DNA of 64,000 nucleotides from Balanoglossus misakiensis (Eukaryota > Animalia > Hemichordata): contig CM082579.2 in assembly GCA_040954595.2 (NCBI GenBank), positions 6,003,625 to 6,067,624 on the forward strand, given 5' to 3'. The position numbers and the translations under genes are program-made. Shown here piece by piece: positions 26,500-40,500 of the stretch. How positions within the stretch are numbered: the stretch's first letter is position 1; every line of letters starts with the position of its first letter. Below the pieces are notes generated by a model that was given only the letters and a program-made list of their open reading frames with translations, had not been told where the DNA came from and did not search any database.

Positions 26500-27147
26500 T
26501 TCTTGTCAGCACTGCGGAGAGAATACATAATACGGCATTAACACCTTCAACCGGCATACATAATACATTGTGTGCATTCACAAATCAAATATGGACGATT
26601 CCTCGAATAAAACATGATTTGCTACACCCAGAAACGGACATATATCCGAAAAATACGAGCCCTCAAAGTGACCAAGAGGGTCGTTTTTACAAGCTCTTAG
26701 GATATATCCCGAAAGTGTATCATATCCGTACATGTAACACGCATTTGGCCAGGTTAAATCCGGGCAGGAGAAAACGAAGGCGTGGGCGGCCATATCACAT
26801 TAGAGGAAACGGCCCCATTCAACATCACACATATAACCGTGTGTACTATCTTAACACGGACTCCAAATCACAGCAGACCCCCTTTTATCAGCGGTATTAC
26901 CCACGTGTTAGCGATCACATTTGGTAGCTGTCGTCTCGGTTGATCAGCACGGTGGTCTCGCTTTCTAACTGCCTAGCCACTATCGATTAGGAAGCTGAGG
27001 TTCCGCCGAAGATGGCTCAAACAAACAGCGAGCCGTGCGAGTTCGTGCGCATACGTGAAGAAAAAAAGCGACCGATGGGGTTTTATGAATGGGCCGCTGG
27101 GCGACTCGCAGGCGTGTTGGCGTTTCTCGAGAAAAGAGAACACTTAC

Positions 27148-27300
27148 TTCACATTCCCACGTGTTCTACCGCTTCAGCGGAGCCGTGAAATAATCCAGAA
27201 ATGCGACGGTGGCGAAATCACACGAGAAATCGGCGGAAAAAGTAGCCGAAAAGGACAGTGGCGGCCAGGTATTTCACCGATTCACCATCGCTGGTCAATT
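27148..27300 (-). other. Probable non-coding first exon (5'UTR) of Sprouty
   Basis: Consensus donor GAA|GTAAGT at 27148/27147 pairs with the acceptor at 26512-26513. Promoter-type motifs lie immediately upstream. A non-coding exon 1 plus coding exon 2 is the usual vertebrate Sprouty layout. The 5' boundary is approximate. Confidence 0.6.
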
Positions 27301-27319
27301 GCCGTATGACTCTATGACG

Positions 27320-27490
27320 CTATTTACTTTGAACAGTAATTTCGAGGTGGGCGGGGCCTCCGCCATATATGGCGATATTGGCAGTTACTTGAGAATGCAG
27401 TCACTTGTAAACACAATCCAGTTATCTCAGTCTTGTTTCCGGTCGGTCTTTGTTCCGTTTTCTTATCACCGTAACATGATTGGCCAGCTT
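27320..27490 (-). promoter_or_regulatory. Putative Sprouty proximal promoter: GC box, CArG box, CCAAT boxes, ETS site
   Basis: GGGCGGGG at 27349-27356; perfect CArG CCATATATGG at 27363-27372; CCAAT on the minus strand at 27377-27381 and ~27479-27483; ACCGGAAA on the minus strand at ~27436-27443; TAAATA TATA-like element at ~27321-27326. Confidence 0.6.
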
Positions 27491-29165
27491 ATGAATAGGG
27501 CCATGTTTACCCTTCGCGCACGCTGCCGGTCGAGTTGTGTTTGGCATGGGAAGCGGAGATCTACTCAAGGGGTTCTTTCCCGCGCTAGTACCACATGGCG
27601 AGCCACCGGAGGTGGGTCTGCACATCGGTTGCGTCCCAGACAAATACTAGAATTAATTTGCTAGCACTGTCTTGTGGCAAATTGCACTTTTTAAAATCTC
27701 GACATTCAGCATAAAGATCATTACAAATATAAAAGCTTTTATCGTCTTGTTTCCGACGTTAAAAACTCAAAAATTGCCCGTAGAAGACGATATGTTTGTT
27801 GCTATTATTTTGTTTTTCAAAACCAGTGGGGCGTGTTATCAACCATGTCACCGAAACCCCTATACCCATGTTGCCCGACACCACGAGCCCGATAACATGA
27901 AACTTCGAGAAATGTTTTCGCGTGCTGGCAACGGGCAGTGAGTCGTGCAGTCTGTTTAGCTTTGCTTTGTATATCATAAGCGTCAGAGCCGCTAACATGT
28001 TAACAAGTGAAAAGTGACGATAGAAAGACTGCAACATGTGTGAAAAGGAAGAGAGGGCCGGCCGGCTGGCTAGTAGGTTCGAGAGCGCCATCAGAAAAAA
28101 ACTAAGATGACGCAGATCTGGTTACGGAGCCTGACCACGCACGCCCCCAGGTACCCTTCCGAGCACGTGGCTTAACGGAATAAATACCTCCTCTACTGAA
28201 AATTATCGCTCTTATTTCAAGTTGCCAAGGGTTTTTTATTTGCGTCGAGCCGAAACAGCTGAAGCTATGTCGATTTCATACTTTACAAGACGTGACTGAA
28301 ATCAACATTTTATTGACGATAACTCGGAAATAATACCTAACAACTGGTTTAGCACAAAAGGAGTAAAAAGTAGCAATAATTTCGGACAAATTATAGCATA
28401 TTACCGGGGCCATCTTCCCCTAAAAGTGAAACCTTTGCTACACTGTATCCAATATCTCATCATTGCGACACTTAGGAATTCACAAATCGTTACATCATCC
28501 TTGCCCCATTGAACCAGATTTGTAGTCTGTTTCTTTATCACGAAATTGCAACGATGTAAGCTTATTTCGATGCGCTTACAACTTACGTCAGCCAGGCGAC
28601 GCCCGAGTGTAATAGACAACCGTGAGAATGAAATATACACGTATTAAAGTGAAATGTCGACGATTAAATATCGGTTACTGATTTCTGTTGGACGGGACGA
28701 GCCCCATTGCAAACATCATGTTTAACGCTTTTATTAGCATTTTATGACAACGTGAGTACATGTGTGTGGAGTTTAAGCTCATTAACAGTGATGATGATGA
28801 TGATTGAGTGATCAGACACGGGTAAGTCATCAATTTCCGGATTATCTTAAGAATGCGACTGTTTGTGCAGACACAAGCAAAAAAGTTCCTGTGATTTAAC
28901 GCACGGTTTGAGAATGCTGGTCGAATACCTCAGAAATAAATGGGGAAAACACAGGTCTTGTGTATTTATAGAAACCACTGGAATTGGCACCAAAGAATTG
29001 CGGGGTTGAAAGGGGCCGTAAATTTTACTGTCTCCGGTGAAGACGTTCGCATGATCCCAAAATAGAAGACTATTCCTTCTTCATTCGTGCAAAAACAGCG
29101 GTGCAACTGTGCGTGAATAATGTGCAGTTTATTCGGTGTCTCCCTCGAAATTCCTGGTCCCCGTG

Positions 29166-29278
29166 ACATACATACATACATACATACATACATACATACA
29201 TACATACATACATACATACATACATACATACATACATACATACATACATACATACATACATACATACATACATACATA
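29166..29278. repeat. (ACAT)n tetranucleotide microsatellite, ~28 units
   Basis: Perfect tandem ACAT array. Confidence 0.98.
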
Positions 29279-32200
29279 ACGCAAGGGAATATTGCTATCA
29301 GCTTCAATGCATGATACGAGCGTCAATATGGCTAGATACGGGGTAAAAAGTCAATTTCAGTCAAGTTGGTCACAATTTCACTCGTTTGAAACTTTGTTGC
29401 GGAGCGTGCGACTTTAAAACTTTAAATCACGTGACAACATTACGTGTCATGTGACGTGAACGCACAACCGCATACGACACGGCCCCTCCCATGAAATTAG
29501 GCCGGTGTATTTCATGTCACGCGTGGGATAGGGAACGCACGCAAGGGGGACCAAAAAGACGTTACAACCGGCCAGGTGACGTTCCGTTAAACACTACGAG
29601 ATCTGACGTAACTCGTTTGCACATTTGGTGGAGAAACTGGGCGATCGCACTAGGCCGTCCACACCAATTCACGTGCGTATGATCGTCACTATCACCTATG
29701 AAATAGCGACCTCATTGCGGCAACAAGTGGTCGAAATTTAAAGTTTCCCACACGGAAAGAGTGGGTAATATTATTTTCAATTAAACACACGTCGTGACAG
29801 ACTGGTACATGGGTACAAAACCATGAACGGTACGGGAAAAAACTTCTTATCATACAAGAAATAGAGTATATACAAAAACTTACATTTGTCGCGATGTCAC
29901 GTCAGTGAAATCACATGGCATAGGTGGAAAAGTATTACCACAGACAGCGAGCAGGCCAAAACTGTAGCCAGAGTCACGACACAACGACGCCCTTTCGGAA
30001 GAACCACACTATCCACTGTCTATCTCCGCGCAGCTTGGTCGTTTTCGTATATCATATACAGGTGCGCCGGCCACCGCCAATATTAGCCAGCGGCTACACT
30101 CCGAAACGGTGAGAGAGCCGGACGCGTGCCTTCCGCGTCTTAAAATGCAGCCTCGCGTGGCTAAAATATTCCCGTGTCGACAACCAACCGACTGGGCTAT
30201 CTTTGCGTGTTTATGAAATGACCTGGTTGCATATATCTAGTAGTCGCATATGGACCCCTAGGTATGGGGAGCTCACACTGGCGTGACGTCCCTGCCAACT
30301 AAATGATTTCTGCTTACAATAACAATACGCTGGTGGTATGTGACCTTGTTATTGAAACCACTCCGGATAATGATATTTTTTGTAAGAGTTTGAATATAAT
30401 TGAGATGAATTTCGCCAGTACTTGTCGATAGTATATAATAAACATGGCCAATCTTTAACGTTCACATGACATAGCGACGGTACCTAAGTATTAGTTCTAA
30501 CAGAAAGAAAACGCAAGTTATTTCATTTGATAAAATATCGCAAAAAAGTATATTTGTGGATAAAATATTTGCATGACGCCGACAATAGACCTACATACAT
30601 TTAATTTTTTTGTAAACCGTGTCTTGACGTGTTGTGGTATGCGTGGAGTGCAATACCCGTTGAAACTCACGCGAGACATCGTAGCAAATCGTTCAAGTCT
30701 CGAGGAAGACGATCCCCCGGGGGGATAGACTCCTAAACATCGCCCCCGTAATAGGTTGTATCCTGTGGCGACACGGGGAATGCGTGGGCCCGGAATGCGC
30801 TTCGTGGCGTAATAGTAAATGCACTCACGCTTGCATCGGCCATCAACTATCTTCAAGACCATACGGAGGTCACCCATCGGCACTGCAGACGTCCGCTGAT
30901 AGTCGAAATAAACAAACAGAATCTTGGAATTCGGGCTTTATTTACTCGACAAGGAATATATTTGTTTGGCTTTTGTGGTCTCGCTGTGGATTTATCTCGG
31001 CTACCCCCGGTAGGAAACTATCTATCCGCGAGTGAATGGGGAGAAGATCACCATGCAAACCGCGTTCTCACGGACCCTGCACCCACAAATGTCAGAAGAC
31101 ACCACCGAAATATTAAGTGTTGCAAGTACGTGACCAAACTGAATGGCGAATTAGGAAGAAGCCAAAACCCAATAAAAGGCCCTTTCTTCAGGATTTCCCA
31201 GGTGCTGCTATTGAAAAGTGCGATTTTTTACAATCCCATTCACAGCTGCAAGCATTGGTATACATCGTCTGTGGTTTATAGCGCCCGTGCGCTACTGTTA
31301 TCGACTGTACATTTGTATACAGGCTTGTATATAAGGGAAGGCAAGGCGATACCTCTATAGTATGGGACTGCAGTCTATCACATAGTATACAAGGGCTAGA
31401 TTTATTGCCTATTACGACATAGTATATCACGAACACAGGCGATCGGATTTCTCGGTATAAAAAAATACGTGTTTTACGCGACGTAAGACGGCAAGGGATT
31501 GTGTTAACGACATGAGTGGATGTACCCAGATAAGATAAGCGCAATGGAAAACCAGTCGCCCACCACAAAAACCGCAGAGCGCGAGGGTGGCCCCGCGCTC
31601 CGCGGCTGGCTTTGCCAAGTCCAGAAGCGCGCGTTTGAGTGTAGGATTTCTTGCGATCGCAAAGATATCTTATACTTTGAGCCTGGTGACGGCGAGACAG
31701 AGGAATATCTAAGCCCGACGCATTAAAATCTGATCGCATATTACGACCCAATCACCGAAGTCGCCTGTAACTGTCGCAGTGGCGCGACGGAGTGGCAGCC
31801 CCCGGGGAGGGGAGCGCGGACAAAATTGAAGTTGTTCTCTCTCTCTCTCTCTCTCTCAGCTGCATTGCACTGATATCGAAAACACCCAATATATGTTGTG
31901 CAGTGACATTTCAAAGAACTAAACTCTTCAAAAAGATCTGTCTTACTGCCGCGTTTATAAAAAAAAGCGAGAGGTATCTTAGTTTCAAAGAGCAGAGTTC
32001 AAAATGGATATCAAATCTACTTTCCATCAATACCGTTAGTCCATATAACCCGTCTTTATGAGTCTTGGCCGAGATAGGAAAGTCTACTGAAAGTGATGGT
32101 AAAAAATATCGAAACGGTTATCTGGAAAGTGAAAAGTCGGTATATATTACCTGCGCGAGGCTGCGAAGTGTCCGACACGCCACATACACACGTGTTCCTC

Positions 32201-34175
32201 CAAGCATAGACGTTCGTCGACGTGTCCGCGTGTGCGCCCACTCCGATCCAACACTGGGCGGAAAATTTTGACTGCTTGGGTTATTTCGGTCGGTTTAAGG
32301 CCAGTCTGTCTTGTTGCGAAACAAATAACAGGATACCCATGTTTAAAAATAAGAGAACCGGCTGCTATTTCTGTCCCGGCCCCGTCCGGAGCTGAAAGTA
32401 GAATGTGAGGATGCAACTTGTCACGGGGAGATATGGAAGCTTGCGAGGGATCCCAGACTAAGAGGCTCGCTTTGATTGACACGTCACGGACAGCGATGGC
32501 ACTTTATGGCCGATATCAGTGGAATACGGATGCACGCACTGGATAAGGATGCACACACTGGATAGGGAAAGCCGAGACTGGCTCGACGACCCCCGGTGCA
32601 CCCCAAACCACAAAACTCGATCACCCACAATGCTTCCGGTTTCCCCCCGACAAACGAGTCTCAAACATAAATAGCACTTTGATTCCATATGATGACGTTT
32701 GTCCCGTCGGTAACTATGGTGATACGGCCATATTTAGCAACTCCCCTCAGCGATCCGGTAAATGATCTGACTCTCACACAGGAATAGGAAGGCCCCGAAA
32801 TAGATACAACGCGTGCAGGAAAGTCAATTTTCCCCCGGTTGAATACTCGAGTTTCTCGGTTTCCAACGCGATGGGAGAAATATCGTCGGTTAATTTAGTA
32901 TCTTGTATACCGAGTGAGTCACACCTTCCTCGATCGGCGTCACCGGCTGGTAGAGGGAGCCGTGTTATGTAAAGAGAAGCGAAACTCGTATGCGGTCAGG
33001 CTTTTTTTCGATGTGGAGGCGGATGATCACCCGGGGGCGCTACTCCTATCCCGCTTTGGTTGACCTTAGGCCATAAACGCGAAGGGACTCCACTGTTGCG
33101 GGGTGGTGAGTGAAACAGCGGTTCAACTCGCCATCTGCGGCAACGTTTACGCATCTATCCAAGATGGGGAAGCTCTGTGAAAATCAGTGGTGATATTTCC
33201 GTCGCTTGCGCGCACGATCCGCCGACGTCTGTACGTGTTCCGATCTCCGAGACCGTCTAGTCTGCGCTGAATGGTGGGCGTCTGTCTCGCTTTCTATCTC
33301 GTTATTGGGCTGCCCCGTCTAGCCATCACTTTCGAATGACCTCGTCACTTCGTAGAACACAATGACTAAATCAATGTACCGTTTAGTTGGAAACACATTC
33401 ATTGGGGGAAAACCTCACATTTTCTGTTATGGCCAGCGGTTGCCAGGAAACCCATCCGCACGGCAGTAAAGTCAGTATTGTCCGCGCCAAAAGAAATTCG
33501 ATAAAAGGCATAGACAGTATAGAGATAACGGGGACATCCGTCTGGCACTAAATGCATAAGCAAACCGAATTTTCTTTTTTTTACATCAATCGAACACGCA
33601 ACTTTCTGAAATTGACTTCACGAGTGAAACGTGAACCACTTAATATCCTCCAAGTTTGTTCGATAAATCTCGAGTCCAACACAAAATTTTCGCACTCACA
33701 CTCACAGACTTGCACCTCATATCGGACACAGCCAATCTTGTTTTGCATTTATCTAGATGATCTATAAAGCATCCTTACAAGTTGGTTTCCTGGCTACGAT
33801 AAATACTTGGTCCTGGGGAAGAGGATGGTCACGATGATGTCTAGTCGGTTTGAAAACCACTGGTGGAATTGTTCGCGGTGCTGAAGAGCGCCCACTATAG
33901 TTGTATTTCACAAATCTGGGCCACATGGTGACGCAGAATCGTGTAATGAATGAAGAGGATGCAGGGTTTCTGGAAACTATGCAATATCGAATAAAAATGG
34001 TCGTATCCATAGTATTAACGGAACTAGTAGAGTACATTTACATTTCGCCCACCCCGTTTGTAAAGTTGACTTGTCAAAAATCAGTTTACAACGGGACACA
34101 TTTTTCCCCGACTTGATTTTTCGTGACTGCCACGAGAAGGGCTCTCCACTTGGCAACGGTCACAGTAGTGTCATT

Positions 34176-34550
34176 AAGGGATGATCTGGACATGTGCATC
34201 TGTCGCCTGACAATAATTTACCGGTGTTGGAATTTCACAGTTGGGCCGTCGCCGAATCCTGTCAGTTGACATGGGCCCATATCTCCAGAAAATATTTACA
34301 CTTGCTTGTTTAAAAATGGTGTAAATCATGTTTTTTTCGCAGCATGGTGCAACGTCGTTTTGAAATATGCCATTTCTGTAAACACCGGCGGGGAAACTTT
34401 ATTTTTGTACGACTTAACATCTTGCTTGCGTGACATTACAGGGTTTGGTTGGGGGTTGTTTGGGAAATATGAAGGCGTTGTGTCGATTGATGGTTCTAAA
34501 TGATGATTTCCAAACATGTTATCAAATCCCGGGGTCTGGACCCCCCTTAA
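34176..34550. mobile_element. Possible ~370-bp TTAA-flanked MITE
   Basis: TTAAGGGATGATCTGGAC at the left and GTCTGGACCCCCCTTAA at the right form degenerate inverted termini. Confidence 0.3.
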
Positions 34551-37500
34551 AATATCTATAATTTGGACCTCAGTGAGCGGGTTACCACGCGAAACACTAT
34601 AGACGCTCGCAACCAATGTTCTCATGCAAAGACGTTTGTCCCATTACAAGAGAAAAGCGCTGCAAATCGGATCACGGTGTGGCCTTGATGAGGGGGATTT
34701 TCTCTCCTTACGGGGGAATTGGGTAAAACATTAGTTGTGTTTAGTCGATCAACCAGAAGAGCGGTTCGAGAAATAAAAAACTTTCCTAAAATTGCATTAC
34801 ACTTGCACACCATCTGATGCCGGGGGTGGGGGGGGGGGAGCATCTCGAAGTATCACGGAGAAAGATGATTTTCCGCTAATTGCAAGATCTCGCGAGACTT
34901 GATTGATTACCGTAGCAACGGGTTGAGAAGGCCAGTTTTTAACAGTGCTTTTTTTTTCTTTGTATGTGGGTTTTGTGGACGTTTATTACTTGTTTGTACG
35001 TTTATGGCCGGTGTTAAACAGTGGCATCTGTGGCCCGACCCAGTCTTACATTATCCAAACATAGCCGTCGGGGATGTAACTATTTTTGGATTTAAAACGG
35101 AAAAGTGGGCGGAAAACAAACAATAGTTTTCACGACGGAGGAATTGTCTGTGAGCTGGTAGCAGAAAGATATTTTTACCTTGTCTGGACTGATGACATGC
35201 GCATAAGGCCCTCTGACCTTTCAATTTCGTTAAGGCTATCGCTGTGGAAATTCAGTGGGAGCGATGTTGGCACAGGCGCCCCGTACCGTACCTTCAGCAC
35301 TCGGCCACGTGAAAATCCTACTGACTGCGTCACTAGTTTTTATTAGGAAGTCCCAGAAAAGCACGAGGGACCGTCGGTTCTCTCTCCCTTATCTACACCC
35401 ACCGTCTGCCGGGGGGGGGGGGGCTGCACATGCAACGGAAACATCGCTCACGTCATTCATGTGAAAGCCACATATTTGATCATCATTTATTTCCAATGGC
35501 TGGGCAGGATGTAAAGGAAGACGGTATCGTGGCAGGAGCTTGTTTTGAGTTGGGGCATATGCTGCAATTCAGTATCTCGAGGTTTTGCCATGTGTTGGAC
35601 GGCAAAAGGAGACTTCCAACACACAAACAAGGCAAAACCTCGTGCTACTGAACTGCAGCTAGCGGCATATTTGCTACTGTGAATCCGAAATGCAGAAAAA
35701 TTGCCAAATAAATGTCGATTTGTTGCCCAGATAAGTTCTAGTTGCCAAGGCCCGTATGGTCACCAAAGAAGTGAAAAATGCGGTGACAGCCTGCAGGTTA
35801 TGCAGAGCAAAGTATCGTCGTAAACCACGACCTCTCTACGGCAAGAGTTTCCGGGGTAGATGACTTTGGCTCGCGAGAATGGAAAAAAAAGTCTTGTTTC
35901 AAAAACCACCATGACACGTAGACCAAGCGACCGGCGCGTGGGGTTGGAGTGCGCGCGGCGTCATTTGTGTGCGAGAGAGTGTGTGACCTCGTGAGGTAAA
36001 CCGCATTTGTCTCATCTCAGCGGGGCAACATCAAGGAATGTTTGAATGAACTAGAATATGACTGAATGGCCTGAAAGGAAACCAAGAAGCAGGCCGAACA
36101 AAGAGTTTGTTTTGATCGCTAACGCTTTCTATCGCCTTATACATTCCCACGCATGCTCGTTCCCACGTCCTTGTTGGGCGAATTCGGTCTCTAGTGCAGG
36201 CATAGAACCTGGAGCGGGTCTATGGTATATGGTACAGGCAAGCGTGCTTTCAAAATTACTAATGGTGTGAGAAACAGTGCACGTTAGCCTACAGCTGGGG
36301 CGATCGCGCTGTACACACATATATACACCACACATATTCTCTCCCCCCCCCTCCTCAGTCAGCTCTCTCTCTCTCTCTCCGTCTCTCTCTCTCTCTCAGT
36401 TGCATTGCACAGCAGGCGAGCAAATTTATGACCCTGCTTTGGCCAAGTTTTCTATCAGCATCACCACCGGCTTTATTAAATTCCATAGCGTGGTCTCTTT
36501 TGATGTGGGGAACCCCAGGAAGGAAGTAATAAATTTGGAGGACGACCTCACAAGGACAAGATGAGGTAAGACTGGCCTAAACAAAGTGCAAACAAACCCG
36601 CCAAATTACGCCGTCAACTCCGGTGAATCCAATGGAATTGCATAAAAACAGACCCGACGTTAGCTTCCCTAATTAACTGATTGCGAAAGGAGCGTATCCG
36701 TTTCCGTGGAAACGTCAAGGTTCCTTTTCCGTAGATTCAACTGGTTCGAAGATACAGGAGATGCATTGATATACAAAGGGATGTAAAGGGATGTAATGGG
36801 ACGGAAATCGACAAGCCTTACAACACGTCGATGCAGCTGATTGTACGTGAGAAAATCGAAAATAAAGAATCAAATTATTGATGACGTGCACTGGGACTTC
36901 TATGTAGCTAGAAAGGGTCAGCAGATAGGTAGCCCATTGAAGAACTTCATCGGTGGTGGTGTAGTGTAGTGTGGTGTAGTAGTGTTACAACCGGATAGCT
37001 AATGTACGGATGATGAAAAGGGGGAATCACCTACTGTTCGGAGTTGATCGAACGAAAATAACCTTGCTCCAAGTGAAGTAAATAAATAAGGCACACTCAC
37101 ACGGGATTTGCGAGAACCGACCTGAGCAATATCGCCACGGGCAGTCTGGGTCTCAGGTGACGCTGCTGTCATGCAATACTGCGATGCGTACCGTGAGAAT
37201 CACGTGCCATAATCCAGAAAATTACTCAAACCACGGGGGAACAATGACAGTAGTGATATGGGATCCAATGTATCCGGTGCATCGTGAAAACTGACATCTG
37301 CATGTTTTTGTGTGTGGAAGTGGGTTTTATTTTATGCCTAGAAGTGGTAAGGATATGCAACATATATAACTTCAGAAGCGGAGTGTTTGGCTGGAACTAT
37401 GGTTTGCTCCACTCTATTCACGAAGCGAATTCGGTAACATCGAGATAGTGCCGGAGATGCATACTTTCGTAGGTTACTAACTCTATGGTATGACTGGATA

Positions 37501-40500
37501 AGACATGGTCATGTGACATTTGACAAAACTTCGTTAACACACATCGTCCGCGTTCTGCGCTTATGATTGGTCCGATCTTTTTCATGAAAGGTGGGGGGGG
37601 GGGGGCGTCATGTTACTATTTTGCGCGTGCTTCCTTCCTACACTTTTGCAGGTTTGTTTCCTTTCAACTGCGCCGGTTCGGGGAAGATTTTATGTGTTAT
37701 AGCCACAAGTGATTGGTGAATGTCCCAGGTGCTTTTAGTGACACCCGGTGTTGTTGAAATTGTGTCTCGAAGATTTTTAAGATTCTCAATGATCTTCCAA
37801 GTTCAATTACACCCTCTACTCTGCGGTCCGCATAAAGTATATACACCAACGGATGGTGTTCATCGCGGTCCCTAGGTCAGCTTTGAGCATTAGAGCACCA
37901 CCGCCACATCTTGTGCCAATAAACCGACTGGACCACGTGACACTCCCAGCTCATCCCCGAAAAAAAACATGTTCATGGTTAAAAGACCGCACACCTGTTA
38001 CCGTTCTCAGGGAGACATTTTTTTTCACTCGTCAACAGCTGACATTTGCCAACGTTAAAGACTTCCAGTACATGCGCATGTGCGGGTGTGGGGAGGGGGG
38101 GGGTGAAATGGGCCATAAAAAATCCAACAATCTGGAATAAGCTTCCGAAGCCGGGAGCATCGTTTCATGGTCGCTGGTTGGTTGTTTCGGCACGTGTTTA
38201 GTCGAGAACCAAACACGTTTTATTTACTGTAACAATAACAGAAGGGGGATGTTGGCCAGAGATATTGAACGGAATAATGGTCTCAAACGAGCTGGAACAT
38301 AAACCGGAAACCCGTTCAAAAGTTTAGAAAAATACACGACATTTCCCATCACGGCATCAGTTCACAATCGTGTGTATTTCTAAACTTTTTTTCTCCGCGC
38401 ATCAACGCCCTGTTGACAGGAAATCCTCCAGCGACGTTTTCCTGCGTGTCGTTTTCACGGATGGACTCCACTGGCACCGAGGGGCGGTGCGTGTGTGCAC
38501 GGAAACGCTGGGATCAGCACGTACGCTCCAAACGCCCTGCAGACAGAAACAGATGCCTTTCCTGGCATGGAGCTGCCGTCGACTCGGGTGCAAGCGACAC
38601 GGAACGAATCTTGCGCACGTTTAGCATAGTTGTTCACGTCAGTATTAAAGCGGCACTGGCGAGCCCCGGAGCGAGTTTCAGCCGGGGAGCAGGGGGAGCG
38701 CGCGACCAACTTGATATACACGCATTATACTCTGACGCCCATCCAGATATATCATACAAGTGAGGCCGCATTGAACATATGTCCGACAACGGGGAGAAAT
38801 ATTTTGATGACATGATAGCATAAATTATACACGAAGGAATGTCGTCGTTTAACATGTTTAATTGGGAAATACCAAAAGAGTTTTTCTACGCACTCTGGGT
38901 ATAAAAAGCAGACTTGAAAGCGTCGCGTTTCCGATTTGAGAGCAAGGTAAAAAGTAAAGAGCGACAACTGAAAGGGGGGGGGGGGTAACTGATGCGGACG
39001 CGTAACCCGCTCACCTAGTAAGCACCTCGTCGTCTGGATGTCAAGTCGTATTCCACACCTGAAAACCGCAATCCCTTTTGTAAACCTGATAAGCTGTGTG
39101 AGTGAGAGACAGCACACCGTAACCAGGGCATCAGATGTATTTCGACTCATGCCACATCAACTGGGCTTTTATAGTCTGCTGGTTTATCGTGTTGCTGTTG
39201 TCTTGGTTTCGGGGCAGCGATCATTTTGAGCGTTTCTCGGGGCAACGGGATATTTTTGTGGTTGCGGAAGGACTGTGATTGTCGGGTGTAACTGATACTT
39301 TACAACGCCGATGCGGCTAAGGACATACCCCCCCCCCCCTTCCCAAAAATCCCGAAAGAACTGTGTCATAATTATGTCAAAGTTTGTTCTTCAATGTGTA
39401 GCTTGTAACAGGGGGTTGAAAACACTTAAAAAGCTTCACATAGCAATGATCAAATCCCGATGCTGGATCAATACAACGGCAGCAAGAACGTGTCATCCTT
39501 CGGCACATCTCGAAAACCTTCGTGTCGAAGATGCATAACGTAAATAGGACGAACGAGAAAATGTGCCTGACAGATTTCTCGGATTTAGAATGGGATTAGT
39601 TCTGTACACACACAACTAAACCCTGGCCCCGGCAACTGCACCTCAAAAACAGCTGAAAGAGCGACGCACGGTTGCGTGATGTCCGTGACACGGCGGGGTC
39701 GCAAACATAGTTGGCATTCGCCAAATAAAACGGCTTAGAGTTTCAAAACAGCGTAAACGTTTTTAACGAATCTCAGCTTGCACGGCATTCCCCCGGTTAT
39801 TCATCTGCCAAGCGTTCTTTTACTGAAGTCGGATACAGTGTAGAGTGCGCCAAGAAACCGTACACCTATCATAGCCTAAGTGTGAAAGCCAAATGTATAC
39901 AGACGAAGTCATCTAAACACTCTCGCTGACGTCAGAAACGACTTCTATTCTAAAAACACAATCGCATTCCCAAAGTAACACACGCACTTTCGCATGTCAA
40001 ACAAATAAATTTCAACTGCGGAGATAGAATTCTGAGAGTGAACGAAAATCTGCATCTTGGGATGTGGCTCAATGCGATGGCGCGCGCACGGCGTGACTGA
40101 CGTGCTGAATACGCACGCAACCAGTGAAAAAACACCCCCATGCTCGACCAAGTCACCATTCCTATGCCTTAGATTTTTTCAGTGTTATGCACTACATGTA
40201 GAACTAACGAAACGTGTTTACCGGTCTTGTACCATCGAAATGTTCGTCAGCGGTGTGGTTTGCGCATCTCGCAAATCGCGTTTTCAAAATCAACAGTATG
40301 CGTTCCAGTGGGTGACGATAAATTGTGAGGTTTCCAAGTTAACTACACAAGTTTCGTATGAAAGCGAGTGGTTTCAAGGCCTCAAAATGTGTTTAGGTGA
40401 AATTGTGTGCACGGCCGGAACACACAGGGGTGACAACGACCTTCAACGTGTTCAGAAACTCTGACAACAGTGGTAATACTTACTTGCCCTAACGGACTTC

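Noticed and set aside
25498-26541. Plus-strand and alternate-frame ORFs (124, 108, 208 aa etc.) overlapping Sprouty
   Set aside because: Shadow ORFs produced by the GC-rich codon usage of the real minus-strand CDS; no recognisable protein features.
28966-29326. MYVC/HTYI repeat ORFs (also at 24143-24625)
   Set aside because: Translations of (ACAT)n/(TATG)n microsatellites.
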